Source: an uncultured Clostridia bacterium (lineage in GTDB: Bacteria > Bacillota > Clostridia > TANB77 > CAG-508). From it: DNA of 60,648 bases. A model generated the notes under the pieces. The model had not been told where the DNA came from and made no database searches. It saw only the letters and a list, made by a program, of their open reading frames with translations. This document shows, piece after piece, positions 10,018 through 20,541 of the stretch (position 1 is the stretch's first letter; the number at the start of each line of letters is the position of its first letter). Made by a program: the position numbers and the translations under genes. The stretch spans positions 1-60,648 of the forward strand of contig CAKPKG010000004.1 of assembly GCA_934167165.1 (NCBI GenBank), written 5' to 3'.

Positions 10018-10055
10018 AGGTCGCCGAGGGCGGGGACCCCTACAACATTTGCAAT
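10018..10055. repeat. GC-rich intercistronic motif (family 3), copy 2
   Basis: AGGTCGCCGAGGGCGGGGACCCCTACAACATTTGCAAT, between the lepA stop and the rlmB start. Confidence 0.6.
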
Positions 10056-10078
10056 AAAATTTGCTTCTACATATTTTT

Positions 10079-11890
10079 TTAATCTTCATCTAATTTTAAA
10101 ACTGATAAAAATGCTTCTTGTGGCACTTCAACTTTTCCTATTTGTCTCATTTTCTTTTTACCTTTTTTCTGTTTTTCTAGCAACTTCTTCTTTCTTGTAA
10201 CATCTCCTCCATAGCATTTTGCAAGTACGTCTTTTCTCATTGCAGATATTGTTTCTCTTGCTATAATTTTTCCACCTACAACTGCTTGAATTGGTATTTC
10301 AAATAGTTGTCTTGGTATAACTGTTTTTAGTTTTTCTGCCATTTTTCTACCTCTTGTATATGCTGTATCTTTGTGCACTATAAAAGATAGTGCATCAACT
10401 GGCTCATTATTTATATGTATATCTAATTTTACAAGTTCTGCCCTTCTGTATTCTTTAAACTCATAGTCAAAAGAAGCATAGCCTTTTGTTTTTGATTTTA
10501 ATGTATCAAAAAAATCATATATTATTTCATTTAGTGGTAATTCATATTCTAATGTTACTCTTGTGCTGTCTAAATATTTCATATCAATATATGTGCCACG
10601 TCTATCTTGGCATATTTCCATTACATTTCCAACAAATTCTTTTGGAAGCATTATCTCTGCTTTTACTATTGGTTCTTCTATATAACTTATTTCTTGTGCT
10701 GGTGGTAAATCTACTGGATTATATAGTTCTATTACCTCTCCTGTTTGCTTATACACCTTGTATATAACTGATGGTGCTGTTGTGATTAAATTTAAATCAA
10801 ATTCTCTTTCTAATCTTTCTTGTATAATTTCTAAATGAAGTAGTCCTAAAAATCCGCATCTAAAACCAAATCCTAATGCAATAGATGTTTCTGGTTCATA
10901 TTCTAATGCTGCATCATTTAATTTTAATTTCTCTAATGCTGTTTTTAAATTTTCGTAATCTCCTCCATCTAATGGATACATTCCACAATATACCATAGAA
11001 TTTGCTTTTTTATATCCTGGGAGTGGCTCTTTTGCTGGGTTTTCTGCTGTTGTTATTGTGTCTCCCACGTGTAAATCAGATACATTTTTTATACTAGCTG
11101 CAATATATCCAACTTCTCCTGCTGTTAATTTTTCTGCTGGTACTGTGGTTCCTGGTTCTAAATACCCAAGCTCTGATACTACAAATTTTTTATTTGTAGC
11201 CATAAATAGTATTTCGTCACCAGTTTTTACTGTTCCTTCTACTACCCTTATATAGCTTAATGCTCCTTTGTAATTATCATAAAAAGAATCAAATATTAAG
11301 CATTTTAATGGTTTTGTTTCATCTCCCACTGGTGGTTTAAAATCTGTTACTATTCTTTCTAAAACTTCATCAATATTTAACCCTGTTTTTGCAGAAATGC
11401 AAGGTGCATCCATTGCTGGTATTCCAATTATGTCTTCTATTTCTTTTTTTATTTCTTCTGGTCTAGCATTTGGCAAATCCACTTTGTTTATTACTGGTAA
11501 AATCTCTAGGTTGTTATCTAATGCCAAATATACGTTAGCAAGTGTTTGTGCTTCCACTCCTTGACTTGCGTCTACAACTAATATTGCACCTTCGCATGCG
11601 GCTAAACTTTTTGAAACCTCATAATTAAAGTCTACATGTCCTGGGGTATCTATTAAATTTAATATATATTCATTTCCGTCTTTTGCTTTATATAACATTC
11701 TAACAGCTTGTGCTTTTATTGTAATTCCACGTTCTCTTTCTAGGTCCATATTATCTAGTACTTGACTTTCCATTTCTCTTGAAGATAAAAGTCCTGTTTT
11801 TTCTATTAATCTATCTGCTAATGTTGATTTTCCATGATCTATATGTGCTATTATACTAAAATTCCTAATATATTTTTGTTTATCGTGCAT
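10079..11890 (-). CDS. lepA: elongation factor 4
   Basis: 603 aa, [21 protein letters not shown]1 motif and LepA C-terminal domain. Confidence 0.93.
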   Translation of the reverse strand: MHDKQKYIRNFSIIAHIDHGKSTLADRLIEKTGLLSSREMESQVLDNMDLERERGITIKAQAVRMLYKAKDGNEYILNLIDTPGHVDFNYEVSKSLAACEGAILVVDASQGVEAQTLANVYLALDNNLEILPVINKVDLPNARPEEIKKEIEDIIGIPAMDAPCISAKTGLNIDEVLERIVTDFKPPVGDETKPLKCLIFDSFYDNYKGALSYIRVVEGTVKTGDEILFMATNKKFVVSELGYLEPGTTVPAEKLTAGEVGYIAASIKNVSDLHVGDTITTAENPAKEPLPGYKKANSMVYCGMYPLDGGDYENLKTALEKLKLNDAALEYEPETSIALGFGFRCGFLGLLHLEIIQERLEREFDLNLITTAPSVIYKVYKQTGEVIELYNPVDLPPAQEISYIEEPIVKAEIMLPKEFVGNVMEICQDRRGTYIDMKYLDSTRVTLEYELPLNEIIYDFFDTLKSKTKGYASFDYEFKEYRRAELVKLDIHINNEPVDALSFIVHKDTAYTRGRKMAEKLKTVIPRQLFEIPIQAVVGGKIIARETISAMRKDVLAKCYGGDVTRKKKLLEKQKKGKKKMRQIGKVEVPQEAFLSVLKLDED

Positions 11891-11952
11891 TATTTTTCCT
11901 CCTTAGTCACTATCAAATATTCTACCATAACAGTTGGAATTTAGCAATATGT

Positions 11953-11980
11953 TTGAGTTTTAGAATTTTTGTGGTATAAT
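11953..11980 (+). promoter_or_regulatory. extended -10 promoter; predicted start site coincides with the ATG at 11987
   Basis: TTGAGT (11953-11958), 16 nt spacer, TGgTATAAT (11972-11980). The ATG lies 7 nt after the -10 and has no SD. Confidence 0.45.
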
Positions 11981-11986
11981 ATATTT

Positions 11987-12985
11987 ATGGAAAAAATTGT
12001 AGAGAAAATTATAAATTCAATACCAAATAATTTAACTGAATTAGAAAAAGCCTATTTTGTTTACCTTGAACTTGGAAAAATATTAAATATTGATACAGGA
12101 TATTTTTTATCTGGTTCGAGAAGTAAAAAGGATAGGATTTTTGAGAATGGGAAAAATTTTGAAAGAATTAATTCTACTAATGTTATTTGTAATTCTTCTG
12201 CTGAATTATATGCACACATCTTGAATAAGCTTAATATTAATGCTTGTTGTTTTTATTATAATAATTTTACTCATGCAGATGTTTTAATAGAAGGTCCTAA
12301 TGCTAGTTTTTACTATGTAAATATGCTTCAAGATTTGTACAACATTCAAACAGGTGCTAGAACTAGGCATTTTGCCCCACCTTTAGAATACATTAATGAA
12401 GGATATCGTCGAGAATTACAAGAAGAAAATTTTTTAAGTCTTGTTTCTGTTAATTCAGATGAATTAGAAAGAATGGATAAAAAACTTGGTTATTCTTTTC
12501 ATGGTATTTATTTGAATGATTTTATTAATAGAATTAAATTGGAAATTAAGAATCCTGATTTTGTAAATGAATATATTTTACCAAATGGTGTTACTTTAGA
12601 TAATTGCAGTCCTCAAAATTTATTAAAGTATAAGTTTTTATTTTTAATAAATAACCTTAATGCCTATAGTGAAACGCCTAATAGATCTATCGGCTTTTTA
12701 GAGTTAGAACGATATTACGAAAGGGTTTGCTCTGCTATACTTTCACCTGAAGAAGACAAAAAAGTTATGCTTTATGCTTGTTATCCTAAAGGTAGTGAAT
12801 TATCAAATGATTCTTTGTCTTCTTATATATCTTTAGAACTTGATGAGGATAATATTATGTATTTTTCTTTTTCTAGTGAAAAAAATAAATATATATCACT
12901 TTCAAAAGAAGAACTTCAACAACAAGTTAATAATGGTTTAACTGCTTATAAAACAAAATTTAAAGGTATTGAAAGAGAACATTAA
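11987..12985 (+). CDS. hypothetical protein (possibly transglutaminase/cysteine-protease-like fold)
   Basis: ORF 11969..12985. First ATG at 11987. Spaced C...H...D residues are only suggestive. Confidence 0.45.
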   Translation: MEKIVEKIINSIPNNLTELEKAYFVYLELGKILNIDTGYFLSGSRSKKDRIFENGKNFERINSTNVICNSSAELYAHILNKLNINACCFYYNNFTHADVLIEGPNASFYYVNMLQDLYNIQTGARTRHFAPPLEYINEGYRRELQEENFLSLVSVNSDELERMDKKLGYSFHGIYLNDFINRIKLEIKNPDFVNEYILPNGVTLDNCSPQNLLKYKFLFLINNLNAYSETPNRSIGFLELERYYERVCSAILSPEEDKKVMLYACYPKGSELSNDSLSSYISLELDEDNIMYFSFSSEKNKYISLSKEELQQQVNNGLTAYKTKFKGIEREH

Positions 12986-13518
12986 CTGCAATATTTGTTA
13001 TATTTCTCTTTCAAGTTTTTTTTATTTAAAACCTCTTCTATTCCTTTTTTGCTAATCTCTTCAAAAATGTCATCAAAAAAATTAATCAATTTTGGATGAA
13101 ATAAGTCTTTATTTTTTACATTTTTCCAGTACCATAATGGATAATCATTTGTAAAGTCTTTTCCTTTATAAACAATTCCTGCTGATAAATTGTCACATAA
13201 CATTTCTATTGTATATTTATATGGTATAACTGGAGCTTTTACAGGTGCATTAAAGTCATACCAATACTCTTCATGATGTTTGTTATGTCCTTTGTGATGT
13301 AACCAAGCTGCTGAATATTCTCTTTTTTCTCTCGCAATTTGTATTGGGCTTTTATAACCCACATAGTATTTTGCACTTTCCCAAAATTCTGTTGGACCAT
13401 ATTTGGACAAATCATGTATAAGTCCTCTCCATAGAAGTCCAACTCTTGTGCATAATTTAAAAACTATCCATCTATGTTTTGTAATTAATTTAAAATGTAG
13501 CCATATTTTTTTAAGCAT
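12982..13518 (-). CDS. conserved hypothetical protein (HDLSK and HHKGHNKHH motifs)
   Basis: ATG at 13518 follows AAAGGAGGA. The upstream part of the track ORF is a translation of a repeat element. Confidence 0.5.
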   Translation of the reverse strand: MLKKIWLHFKLITKHRWIVFKLCTRVGLLWRGLIHDLSKYGPTEFWESAKYYVGYKSPIQIAREKREYSAAWLHHKGHNKHHEEYWYDFNAPVKAPVIPYKYTIEMLCDNLSAGIVYKGKDFTNDYPLWYWKNVKNKDLFHPKLINFFDDIFEEISKKGIEEVLNKKNLKEKYNKYCS

Positions 13519-13539
13519 TCTTGATCCTCCTTTTTTTAT

Positions 13540-13643
13540 GGATGTGGGAAGTTGGAAGTGGGATGTAGGGGTCGCAATGAATTTGTTTTTGGGCATATTC
13601 AATATGCCCTTACGAATCCCACCTCTCACATCACACTTCTCAC
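13540..13643. repeat. heptad-arm hairpin repeat (family 1), variant copy a
   Basis: G-rich arm GGATGTGGGAAGTTGGAAGTGGGATGTAGGGG and complementary arm CCCACCTCTCACATCACACTTCTCAC around a divergent centre. Confidence 0.6.
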
Positions 13644-13669
13644 AGCAATTAAGCTGTATTATTACTTTC

Positions 13670-14359
13670 TTACCAAATTATCGAAACTATACAATAGATT
13701 AAAACTCTTGCAAGTGCTGTTGTTAGCAAATTGTCTATTACAAATGGTATTCCTATTTTGTTTATACTCTCGTATTCTTTTAATAATTTGTTTTTTTCTT
13801 CTTGTGTACAAAGTTTCATTTTTTCCATGTAATCTTTTGAAAGATATTTTGCTTTTGTCATTGCATCTGTTTCTAAAAAACTTCTAACACTAAATTCTAT
13901 TATTGTAAACAACATAAGTATTGCTATTTGCAATATTTGATGGTTTACTAATTTTAATATTGTAAGAATAGTAATTACTGCAAAGTATATAATATTTATA
14001 TTTGAAAATATAAAGTTAAATAACAATAACCTTCTATCTTGACATGAATGTATACATTCATGTGCTATTGTTTGTATTCTTGCATAATTGTTTTTCATGT
14101 CTGCTATACTTATTTTATTTGTAATTGCTATGTACAAGCTTGTTTCAGTATCTTTTGCTTCTTCTATTTTTACTGATTTATTGTCTAGCATTTCTAACAT
14201 TTCTTTTGCAATTTCAATGTTTTTAGGAAATTTGTCTGTAATTTTTTCTAATTCTTTATTTTCCCTTTTTTCTTTCATTTTTTTAATATTTATTTTAAAA
14301 ATAATCTTAAAAGTAATAATTGTTAAAACAACTAATATAGAATAACAAATAATTTCCAT
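13670..14359 (-). CDS. membrane protein with HExxH zinc-metallopeptidase motif
   Basis: IAHECIHSCQ motif with N-terminal and C-terminal TM segments. Confidence 0.5.
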   Translation of the reverse strand: MEIICYSILVVLTIITFKIIFKINIKKMKEKRENKELEKITDKFPKNIEIAKEMLEMLDNKSVKIEEAKDTETSLYIAITNKISIADMKNNYARIQTIAHECIHSCQDRRLLLFNFIFSNINIIYFAVITILTILKLVNHQILQIAILMLFTIIEFSVRSFLETDAMTKAKYLSKDYMEKMKLCTQEEKNKLLKEYESINKIGIPFVIDNLLTTALARVLIYCIVSIIW

Positions 14360-14477
14360 GTTACACCTCTTTGCTAAAATTTTACATTTCTATTTTATGT
14401 TTTGTTTTTCAATGTGTCAATAATATTTTATTTATATTTTTGTAAAATTTGTAAATACTATTTTGTGAGGTGATTTT

Positions 14478-14906
14478 ATGGAAGAAAATTTAGATGTTTT
14501 AAAAGAAGTATGTAAAGGTGTAAAAATGGGAATGGATGCTATTTCTTATGTGTCTGATAAGGTTGAAGAGCAGAATTTAAAAGATACTTTAACTCATGAA
14601 TATAGTATGTATAATAATATTCTTACTCAAATAGATAATGCTTTTAAAAATTATAATGAAGTTCCTAATGATTATAAAATAACAAGTAAAGCTATGCTTT
14701 GGTATGGTATTCAAATGAACACTTTAAAAGATACTAGTAATTCAAAAATAGCAGAACTTCTTATTCAAGGAACTAATATGGGCATTATTGAAGGCAGAAA
14801 ATTATTAAATCATAACAAAAATTTAGATAAGGAAACTAACAAATTGTTAAATGATTTTGTTAGATTTCAAGAAGAAAGTGTTGAAAAGTTAAAAAGTTTT
14901 CTTTAA
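14478..14906 (+). CDS. hypothetical helical protein (142 aa)
   Basis: ATG preceded by GAGGTGA. No confident family assignment. Confidence 0.45.
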   Translation: MEENLDVLKEVCKGVKMGMDAISYVSDKVEEQNLKDTLTHEYSMYNNILTQIDNAFKNYNEVPNDYKITSKAMLWYGIQMNTLKDTSNSKIAELLIQGTNMGIIEGRKLLNHNKNLDKETNKLLNDFVRFQEESVEKLKSFL

Positions 14907-14954
14907 TTCTCTAATTTCATCTGGAAACTCAAATCGACAAGAACAAAGAACGAC

Positions 14955-15485
14955 TTAAGTCGCTTTGTTCTGTGCATATTTAATAAAGATTACTAAATAT
15001 AATACTCCTATTATCCATCCACCAATTACATCTGTTGCATAATGAGCTCCTAAATATACTCTACTTATGCCTATTAATAGTATTAATATTGATAATGCCA
15101 CTATTAATGGGTATTTTATTTTTTTATTTTCTACATTCTTATAAATTAAATATATTAAAAGGCCATAAAATCCAGTAGAAACCATACTATGTCCACTTGG
15201 AAAGCTATATCCTTTTTCTTGCACTATTTTTAAAACTTCTGGTCTTGGTCTTGCAACAATTATTTTTAAAATTCTGTTTAGCAAGAAAACTAAGATTAAA
15301 TTTATTGCAATCAACATTGAATTCTTTTTATTTTTTAGCAATAATAAAAATCCTATTGTTAATATAATTAGTGCTGTTGCTGACCCTAAATATGTTATAA
15401 AAAGCATAAATCTCGTCATTCCATTACTCATTAATTTAATAATTAATGAGTATGAATTTTCATCTATAAAATTAATCATACTCAT
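14955..15485 (-). CDS. PAP2-family phosphatase (BcrC-like undecaprenyl-diphosphatase candidate)
   Basis: Motifs KIIVARPRP, PSGH and SRVYLGAHYATDV. Multi-TM. Confidence 0.75.
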   Translation of the reverse strand: MSMINFIDENSYSLIIKLMSNGMTRFMLFITYLGSATALIILTIGFLLLLKNKKNSMLIAINLILVFLLNRILKIIVARPRPEVLKIVQEKGYSFPSGHSMVSTGFYGLLIYLIYKNVENKKIKYPLIVALSILILLIGISRVYLGAHYATDVIGGWIIGVLYLVIFIKYAQNKAT

Positions 15486-15506
15486 TTATATATTCTCCTA
15501 TATTAA

Positions 15507-17804
15507 TTATTGATGTATCCTGCATCTTTGTAGTGGTACATTTTTTGGCGAACCATAATATGATTTTGTTTTCCATAAATTATCTTTATTTATATATTCG
15601 CCTCTTCCATATACGCTTCTAGTTCTAGGACATTTTTTTGTTGCTAGCAAGCCACTCTCTGTACATACTTTTGCTGATGAATGATAAGGACAAGTTTGTA
15701 TTGGTTCTGTTCCACTTACAAAATATTCAGTTCGTGTAGTTCTATAATTTTTACATGTTTGTGTTGCCAAAAATCCTGATTTTTCACATATTACTGCTTC
15801 TACAACATTTTCTGGTCTTTCTTCTGCAAATGTTTTTGGTTCTAATCCTTCATGTGCTTGTCTCATTACTGATGTCCATATTTGAGCTGATGGGTTAAGT
15901 GCCCATCCTGTAATTGTGCAACTGTTATCATATCCATACCAAACAGTAGAAGTATAATATGGTGTGAAAGCACAAAACCATCTATCATAATCATTGTTTG
16001 TTGTTCCTGTTTTTGCTGCTACACTCATTCCCTCTATTGTACAAGTAGTAGAAGTTCCTGTTTTTACTGCTTCTGTTAATACTTCTTTTAATACATATGC
16101 TGCCTCTTCAGTCATTACTCTTGTTTGTTTTTGGTCTGGCTTTAATACTATATTTCCATTTTCGTCTACTACTTTGCTATAAAATGTTGGCTTTTGATAA
16201 ACTCCACCATTTGCAATTGTTGCATATGCTCCTGCCATTTCTATTGGTGACACTCCCCATGTTAAGCCCCCTAATGCTAATGCTAGAACTTTATCTTTAT
16301 TTTCATCTATTGAAGTTATTCCTATTTCTTTTAAAAATCTTACTGATTTATCTGGTGTTAATAGGCACATTGCTTTTACCATTGGTATGTTTTGTGAATT
16401 TGCAATTGCTTTTCTTGTTGTAATTAACCCCATATATTTGTATCCAAAATTTTTAGGTTCAAAAGTTCCGTTATTAAAGCTTGTTGGGCTATCATCAAAA
16501 ACTGTTGCAGCAGTAATTATTCCTTCATTAAATGCTGGTGCTAGTACTGCTATTGGTTTCATTGATGACCCAGTTTGCCTTACCGCATCTGTTGCTCTAT
16601 TAAAGCCAAATGCTGTATTTTTTTCTCCTATTCCTCCAGAAATCCCAAGCACATAGCCTGTTTTATGATCTATTAGCACTACTGCAGCCTGAGATCGCTG
16701 TAAAGTTCCATTTTTGTCTTTAGCTGTTTGGTTATATTTTTCTTGCTTTAATTCTTCATCTATTATATTTTGAATTTTTGGGTTTTGAGTTGTGTATATT
16801 GTAAAGCCCCCACTAGATAAATATAGTTTTGCTTGTTCATATGTCCAATTATGTTCTTTTTGCAATTGTGCTATTATCTGATTTATTGCTGCATCTGTAT
16901 GATATGAAAATACTGTTTGTGGAAATGCTCCTTGTTCAAATTTTAAGCCTTCTTCTACTTCTTTTATTGCTTGTAAATATTCTTCTTGTGATTTTATTTT
17001 TCCTAATTCATTCATTTTATTTAAAACAGTTTTTGTTCTTTTCTTTATTGCTTCTAAAGTTTCCTTATTATTTTTTTCAAAAGGATTATATGAATTTGGT
17101 GAATGATTTATTCCTGCCAAAAATGCACATTCTGCTAAATCTAATTTGCTTGCACTTTTATTAAAATAATAATTTGCTCCTTTTTCTACTCCATAAACTG
17201 TATCACCTAAAAATATTAAATTTAAATATAATTCTAGTATATCTTCTTTTGACATTTCTTGTTCAACATAGTATGCCCTTGCCATTTCTCTTACTTTTCT
17301 TTGCCATGTGTCTTCTTTTTCTTGTGTTAGATTTTTAACCATTTGTTGAGTTATTGTACTTCCTCCAAAAGGAGATTTTCCTTTATTTTTTAAATATGTA
17401 TATGCTGCTTTTAGAGTTCTTTTTACATCTACTCCTTTATGTTCATAAAATCTTTCATCTTCAATTGCTACAAAGGCTGCCGGTAAATACTCTGGCATGT
17501 TTTCTATACTTATACTCTCTCTATTTTCATCACCATTTAAAATTCCTATAGTATTGTTTTCCATGTCTTTTACTACTGAATTTTCGTACTTTATAGTTAA
17601 GTCGTTTTTACTTAATCTTACATCTTTTATTATTCCATATACTTTGTATGCTGCATATCCTCCACCAACAAGTACAATAATTAGAAGCAATAAAATTATA
17701 ATTAATATTGCCTTAAAAAAAACTGTTATGATTGGATGCTTACTTCTTTTTTTTATTTTATATGTCTCATTACTAATTTGTTTTCTTTCCTTTTCTTGAA
17801 GCAT
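15507..17804 (-). CDS. class A penicillin-binding protein (glycosyltransferase + transpeptidase)
   Basis: EDERFYEHKGVD (GT51), SSMKP and KTGTT (transpeptidase). The C-terminus carries two CxxSGxLATxxC repeats. Confidence 0.88.
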   Translation of the reverse strand: MLQEKERKQISNETYKIKKRSKHPIITVFFKAILIIILLLLIIVLVGGGYAAYKVYGIIKDVRLSKNDLTIKYENSVVKDMENNTIGILNGDENRESISIENMPEYLPAAFVAIEDERFYEHKGVDVKRTLKAAYTYLKNKGKSPFGGSTITQQMVKNLTQEKEDTWQRKVREMARAYYVEQEMSKEDILELYLNLIFLGDTVYGVEKGANYYFNKSASKLDLAECAFLAGINHSPNSYNPFEKNNKETLEAIKKRTKTVLNKMNELGKIKSQEEYLQAIKEVEEGLKFEQGAFPQTVFSYHTDAAINQIIAQLQKEHNWTYEQAKLYLSSGGFTIYTTQNPKIQNIIDEELKQEKYNQTAKDKNGTLQRSQAAVVLIDHKTGYVLGISGGIGEKNTAFGFNRATDAVRQTGSSMKPIAVLAPAFNEGIITAATVFDDSPTSFNNGTFEPKNFGYKYMGLITTRKAIANSQNIPMVKAMCLLTPDKSVRFLKEIGITSIDENKDKVLALALGGLTWGVSPIEMAGAYATIANGGVYQKPTFYSKVVDENGNIVLKPDQKQTRVMTEEAAYVLKEVLTEAVKTGTSTTCTIEGMSVAAKTGTTNNDYDRWFCAFTPYYTSTVWYGYDNSCTITGWALNPSAQIWTSVMRQAHEGLEPKTFAEERPENVVEAVICEKSGFLATQTCKNYRTTRTEYFVSGTEPIQTCPYHSSAKVCTESGLLATKKCPRTRSVYGRGEYINKDNLWKTKSYYGSPKNVPLQRCRIHQ

Positions 17805-17829
17805 AGTATATTTCCTTTCTCTTTGGAAT

Positions 17830-18486
17830 TTATTTTAATTCTTCTATTGCACTTTTAAAGTTTTCTGCAGATATTATAGCGCTTCCAGCAACAGCAATAT
17901 CTATTCCTGCTTCTTTTGCAATATTTATTGTAGATTTGTTTATACCACCATCTACCTCTATATATGTATCTAAATTATTTTCTTCAATATATTTTTTTAA
18001 TTCCTTTACTTTTTCTAGTGTTTCTGAAATTAGTTTTTGTCCGCCTTTTCCTGGCTCTACTGTCATTACAAGAATCATATGTAATAGTGGTAAAAACTCT
18101 TTTATTTTATCTATACTTGTATTTGGCTTTATTGATATTGCTGGTTTTATGTTGTTTTGTTTTATATAATTTATAAGTTCTAATACTTCTTCTTTGTTTT
18201 TGCATGCTTCATAATGAAATGTTATTATACTTGGTTCTAATGGAATATATTTTTCTATATGTGGCTTAATATCTTCTACCATAAGATGCACATCTAATGG
18301 TAAGTTTGAGATTTGTTTTATAATATTTGAATATTCATACATTAATTCTTCTGTATTTTTTTCTACAAATTTTCCGTCCATTATATCTATGTGATAATAG
18401 TCTGTTCCTGCTACTTCTAAATCATAAAAAGTTTTTGTTGCTTTTTCTTTTTCAACTGTTAGTATAGATGTTGATATTTCTACCAT
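17830..18486 (-). CDS. rpe: ribulose-phosphate 3-epimerase
   Basis: 218 aa with HIDIMDGKFV and MTVEPGKGGQK motifs. Confidence 0.9.
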   Translation of the reverse strand: MVEISTSILTVEKEKATKTFYDLEVAGTDYYHIDIMDGKFVEKNTEELMYEYSNIIKQISNLPLDVHLMVEDIKPHIEKYIPLEPSIITFHYEACKNKEEVLELINYIKQNNIKPAISIKPNTSIDKIKEFLPLLHMILVMTVEPGKGGQKLISETLEKVKELKKYIEENNLDTYIEVDGGINKSTINIAKEAGIDIAVAGSAIISAENFKSAIEELK

Positions 18487-18555
18487 TTTAATTCTCCTAT
18501 CTTATAAAATTACATATTTTTGGGGCGCATAAATTGCGCCCAAATTGTCGTTATA

Positions 18556-20514
18556 TTATTCTATTGTTATTGATGATTGTGTGTTAAAGTTAAATGTTTT
18601 TGTTGCTTTCCATATATCGTCAATATATACTGTTACTTCTTTTGAGCCTTTGTCTGATTTTGTTGCTTTAATATTAGTTGATGTTGGTGATACTTTTTCA
18701 TCATAAACAGTATCACTTCCTACCATTATTTTCACTCTTACATTTTTTACAACAGTTTTTTCTTCATCTTCATATTCAACTTTTCCACCTAATAGTGATT
18801 TTACATTAACATTTATTGTACCTGTTTTTATTTCATCAAATTCATTTACTGTTATTGTTATTTCTGTGTTTTTGTCAACCATGCTTCCACTTGATATTGA
18901 TTGATTTACTACAACACCATTTGGTTTGCTAGAATCTGATGTTTTGTCTGTACTTTTCCATTTTAATTTAGCACTACTTATTGCACTTTTTGCTTCACTT
19001 TCTGTTTTCCCTGATAAATCTGGGACTTGGATTTGTTCTATTCCCATACTTGAATAAATTGTAACAGTTGTTCCTGCTGGGATTTTTTCTCCTTCTTTTA
19101 TTTCTTGTTTTATTATATAATTTTTTTCTACATCATCACTAAATTCTTCTTCTACTTTTACTTCTAATCCTATTTCTTTTAATGCACTTGTTGCTTCATC
19201 TCTTGTTTTACCTACTACTTTAGGCATTTCTACAATCTCTTGTCCTTTGCTTATTACAATTTTTATTGTACTTCCTTCTTTTATCTTATAATTATCTTGG
19301 TATTTTGGATCTTGCTCTATTATTTGTCCTTCTGGAATTTCTAAATGATATTTTTCTTCGCTAACTTCTACTTTTATTTTTAATTCTTTAGCTTTTTGTT
19401 CTGCCTCTTCTTTTGTTAAGCCTTGTAAATTTGGTATTTGAACTTCTTTTGTTTTACCAAGTGATAATGCTAAATAGGTTCCTCCCATTGCTATAGAAAA
19501 TACTAAAATACAAGCAAGTATTATTGCTAACACTTTTACTACTGGATGTTCTTCAAAATATGCTTTTATTTTATCTAGTTTTCCTGCTTTTTTTCTTGTT
19601 TCTTGTTTTTGTAATTTTTCTGCATAGTCTAATGATATTTTTTGTGTTGGAAAATCTCCTCCAATAGGTGCTGAAACGAATTGCTCTTCTGGATGTTTTA
19701 ATGCTAATTCTAAATCTTTTATCATTTCTGTTGCAGATTGATATCTCTCATTTGCGTCTTTTCTCATTGCTTTCATAATTATATCATTTACGCTTTGTGG
19801 TAATTCTGATTTTATTTTTATTGGTTCTATTGGTTCCTCTTGCATATGTTTTAGTGCAACTGAAACTGGTGTATCACTGTCAAAAGGTACTCTTCCTGTA
19901 ACCATTTCATACATTACTACTCCAAGTGAATATAGGTCAGATCTTGCATCTGTAAATCCTCCTCTTGCATGTTCTGGTGAAAAATAATGTACTGATCCAA
20001 TTGTTGTACCAAATGCAGTTATTGTTGAATTTGAAACAGCTTTTGCTATTCCGAAATCTGTTACTTTTGCTACTCCATCTTCTGTTATAATAATATTGTG
20101 TGGTTTTATATCTCTATGAACTATATTATTTCTATGTGCTGTTTCTAATGCTGAAGCTATTTGCATTGCTATTTTTACAGACCATTTCCATCCTAGAGCT
20201 CCATCTTCTACAATTATTTCTTTTAGTGTTTTTCCTTTTACAAGTTCCATTACTATATAATATAAATTTCCTTCGTGTCCTACATCATATACAGAAACAA
20301 TATTAGGATGTGTTAGACTTGCAACAGCTTGTGCTTCTACATTAAATCTTTTTATAAATTCTTCGTCTGTAGTAAATTCATCTCTTAATACTTTTACTGC
20401 AACAAATCTTTTTAGCACTAGACATTTAGCCTTATATACTGTTGCCATTCCTCCTGTACCTATTTTTTCTATTATTTCATATCTGCCACCTAGCAATTTT
20501 CCTTCTAAATTCAT
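18556..20514 (-). CDS. pknB: Ser/Thr protein kinase with PASTA repeats
   Basis: GTGGMATVYKA, HRDIKPHN and DFG motifs, a TM segment, then three PASTA-like repeats plus an extra C-terminal beta-rich domain. Confidence 0.9.
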   Translation of the reverse strand: MNLEGKLLGGRYEIIEKIGTGGMATVYKAKCLVLKRFVAVKVLRDEFTTDEEFIKRFNVEAQAVASLTHPNIVSVYDVGHEGNLYYIVMELVKGKTLKEIIVEDGALGWKWSVKIAMQIASALETAHRNNIVHRDIKPHNIIITEDGVAKVTDFGIAKAVSNSTITAFGTTIGSVHYFSPEHARGGFTDARSDLYSLGVVMYEMVTGRVPFDSDTPVSVALKHMQEEPIEPIKIKSELPQSVNDIIMKAMRKDANERYQSATEMIKDLELALKHPEEQFVSAPIGGDFPTQKISLDYAEKLQKQETRKKAGKLDKIKAYFEEHPVVKVLAIILACILVFSIAMGGTYLALSLGKTKEVQIPNLQGLTKEEAEQKAKELKIKVEVSEEKYHLEIPEGQIIEQDPKYQDNYKIKEGSTIKIVISKGQEIVEMPKVVGKTRDEATSALKEIGLEVKVEEEFSDDVEKNYIIKQEIKEGEKIPAGTTVTIYSSMGIEQIQVPDLSGKTESEAKSAISSAKLKWKSTDKTSDSSKPNGVVVNQSISSGSMVDKNTEITITVNEFDEIKTGTINVNVKSLLGGKVEYEDEEKTVVKNVRVKIMVGSDTVYDEKVSPTSTNIKATKSDKGSKEVTVYIDDIWKATKTFNFNTQSSITIE

Positions 20515-20541
20515 TTTTAAATCCCTCTTTCTAAATTATAC

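Noticed and set aside
14941-14970. Hairpin GAACAAAG..CGAC-TTAA-GTCG-CTTTGTTC as a bidirectional terminator between 14478..14906 and the PAP2 gene.
   Set aside because: It is plausible but has a bulged stem, lacks clear U tracts on either strand and overlaps the PAP2 stop codon. It is too weak to list as a feature.
18523-18541. GC-rich hairpin GGGCGCA-loop-TGCGCCC between pknB and rpe as a terminator.
   Set aside because: No U run follows it in the transcribed (minus) sense. It is more likely a stabilising or processing hairpin within the operon, and I cannot say more from the sequence.
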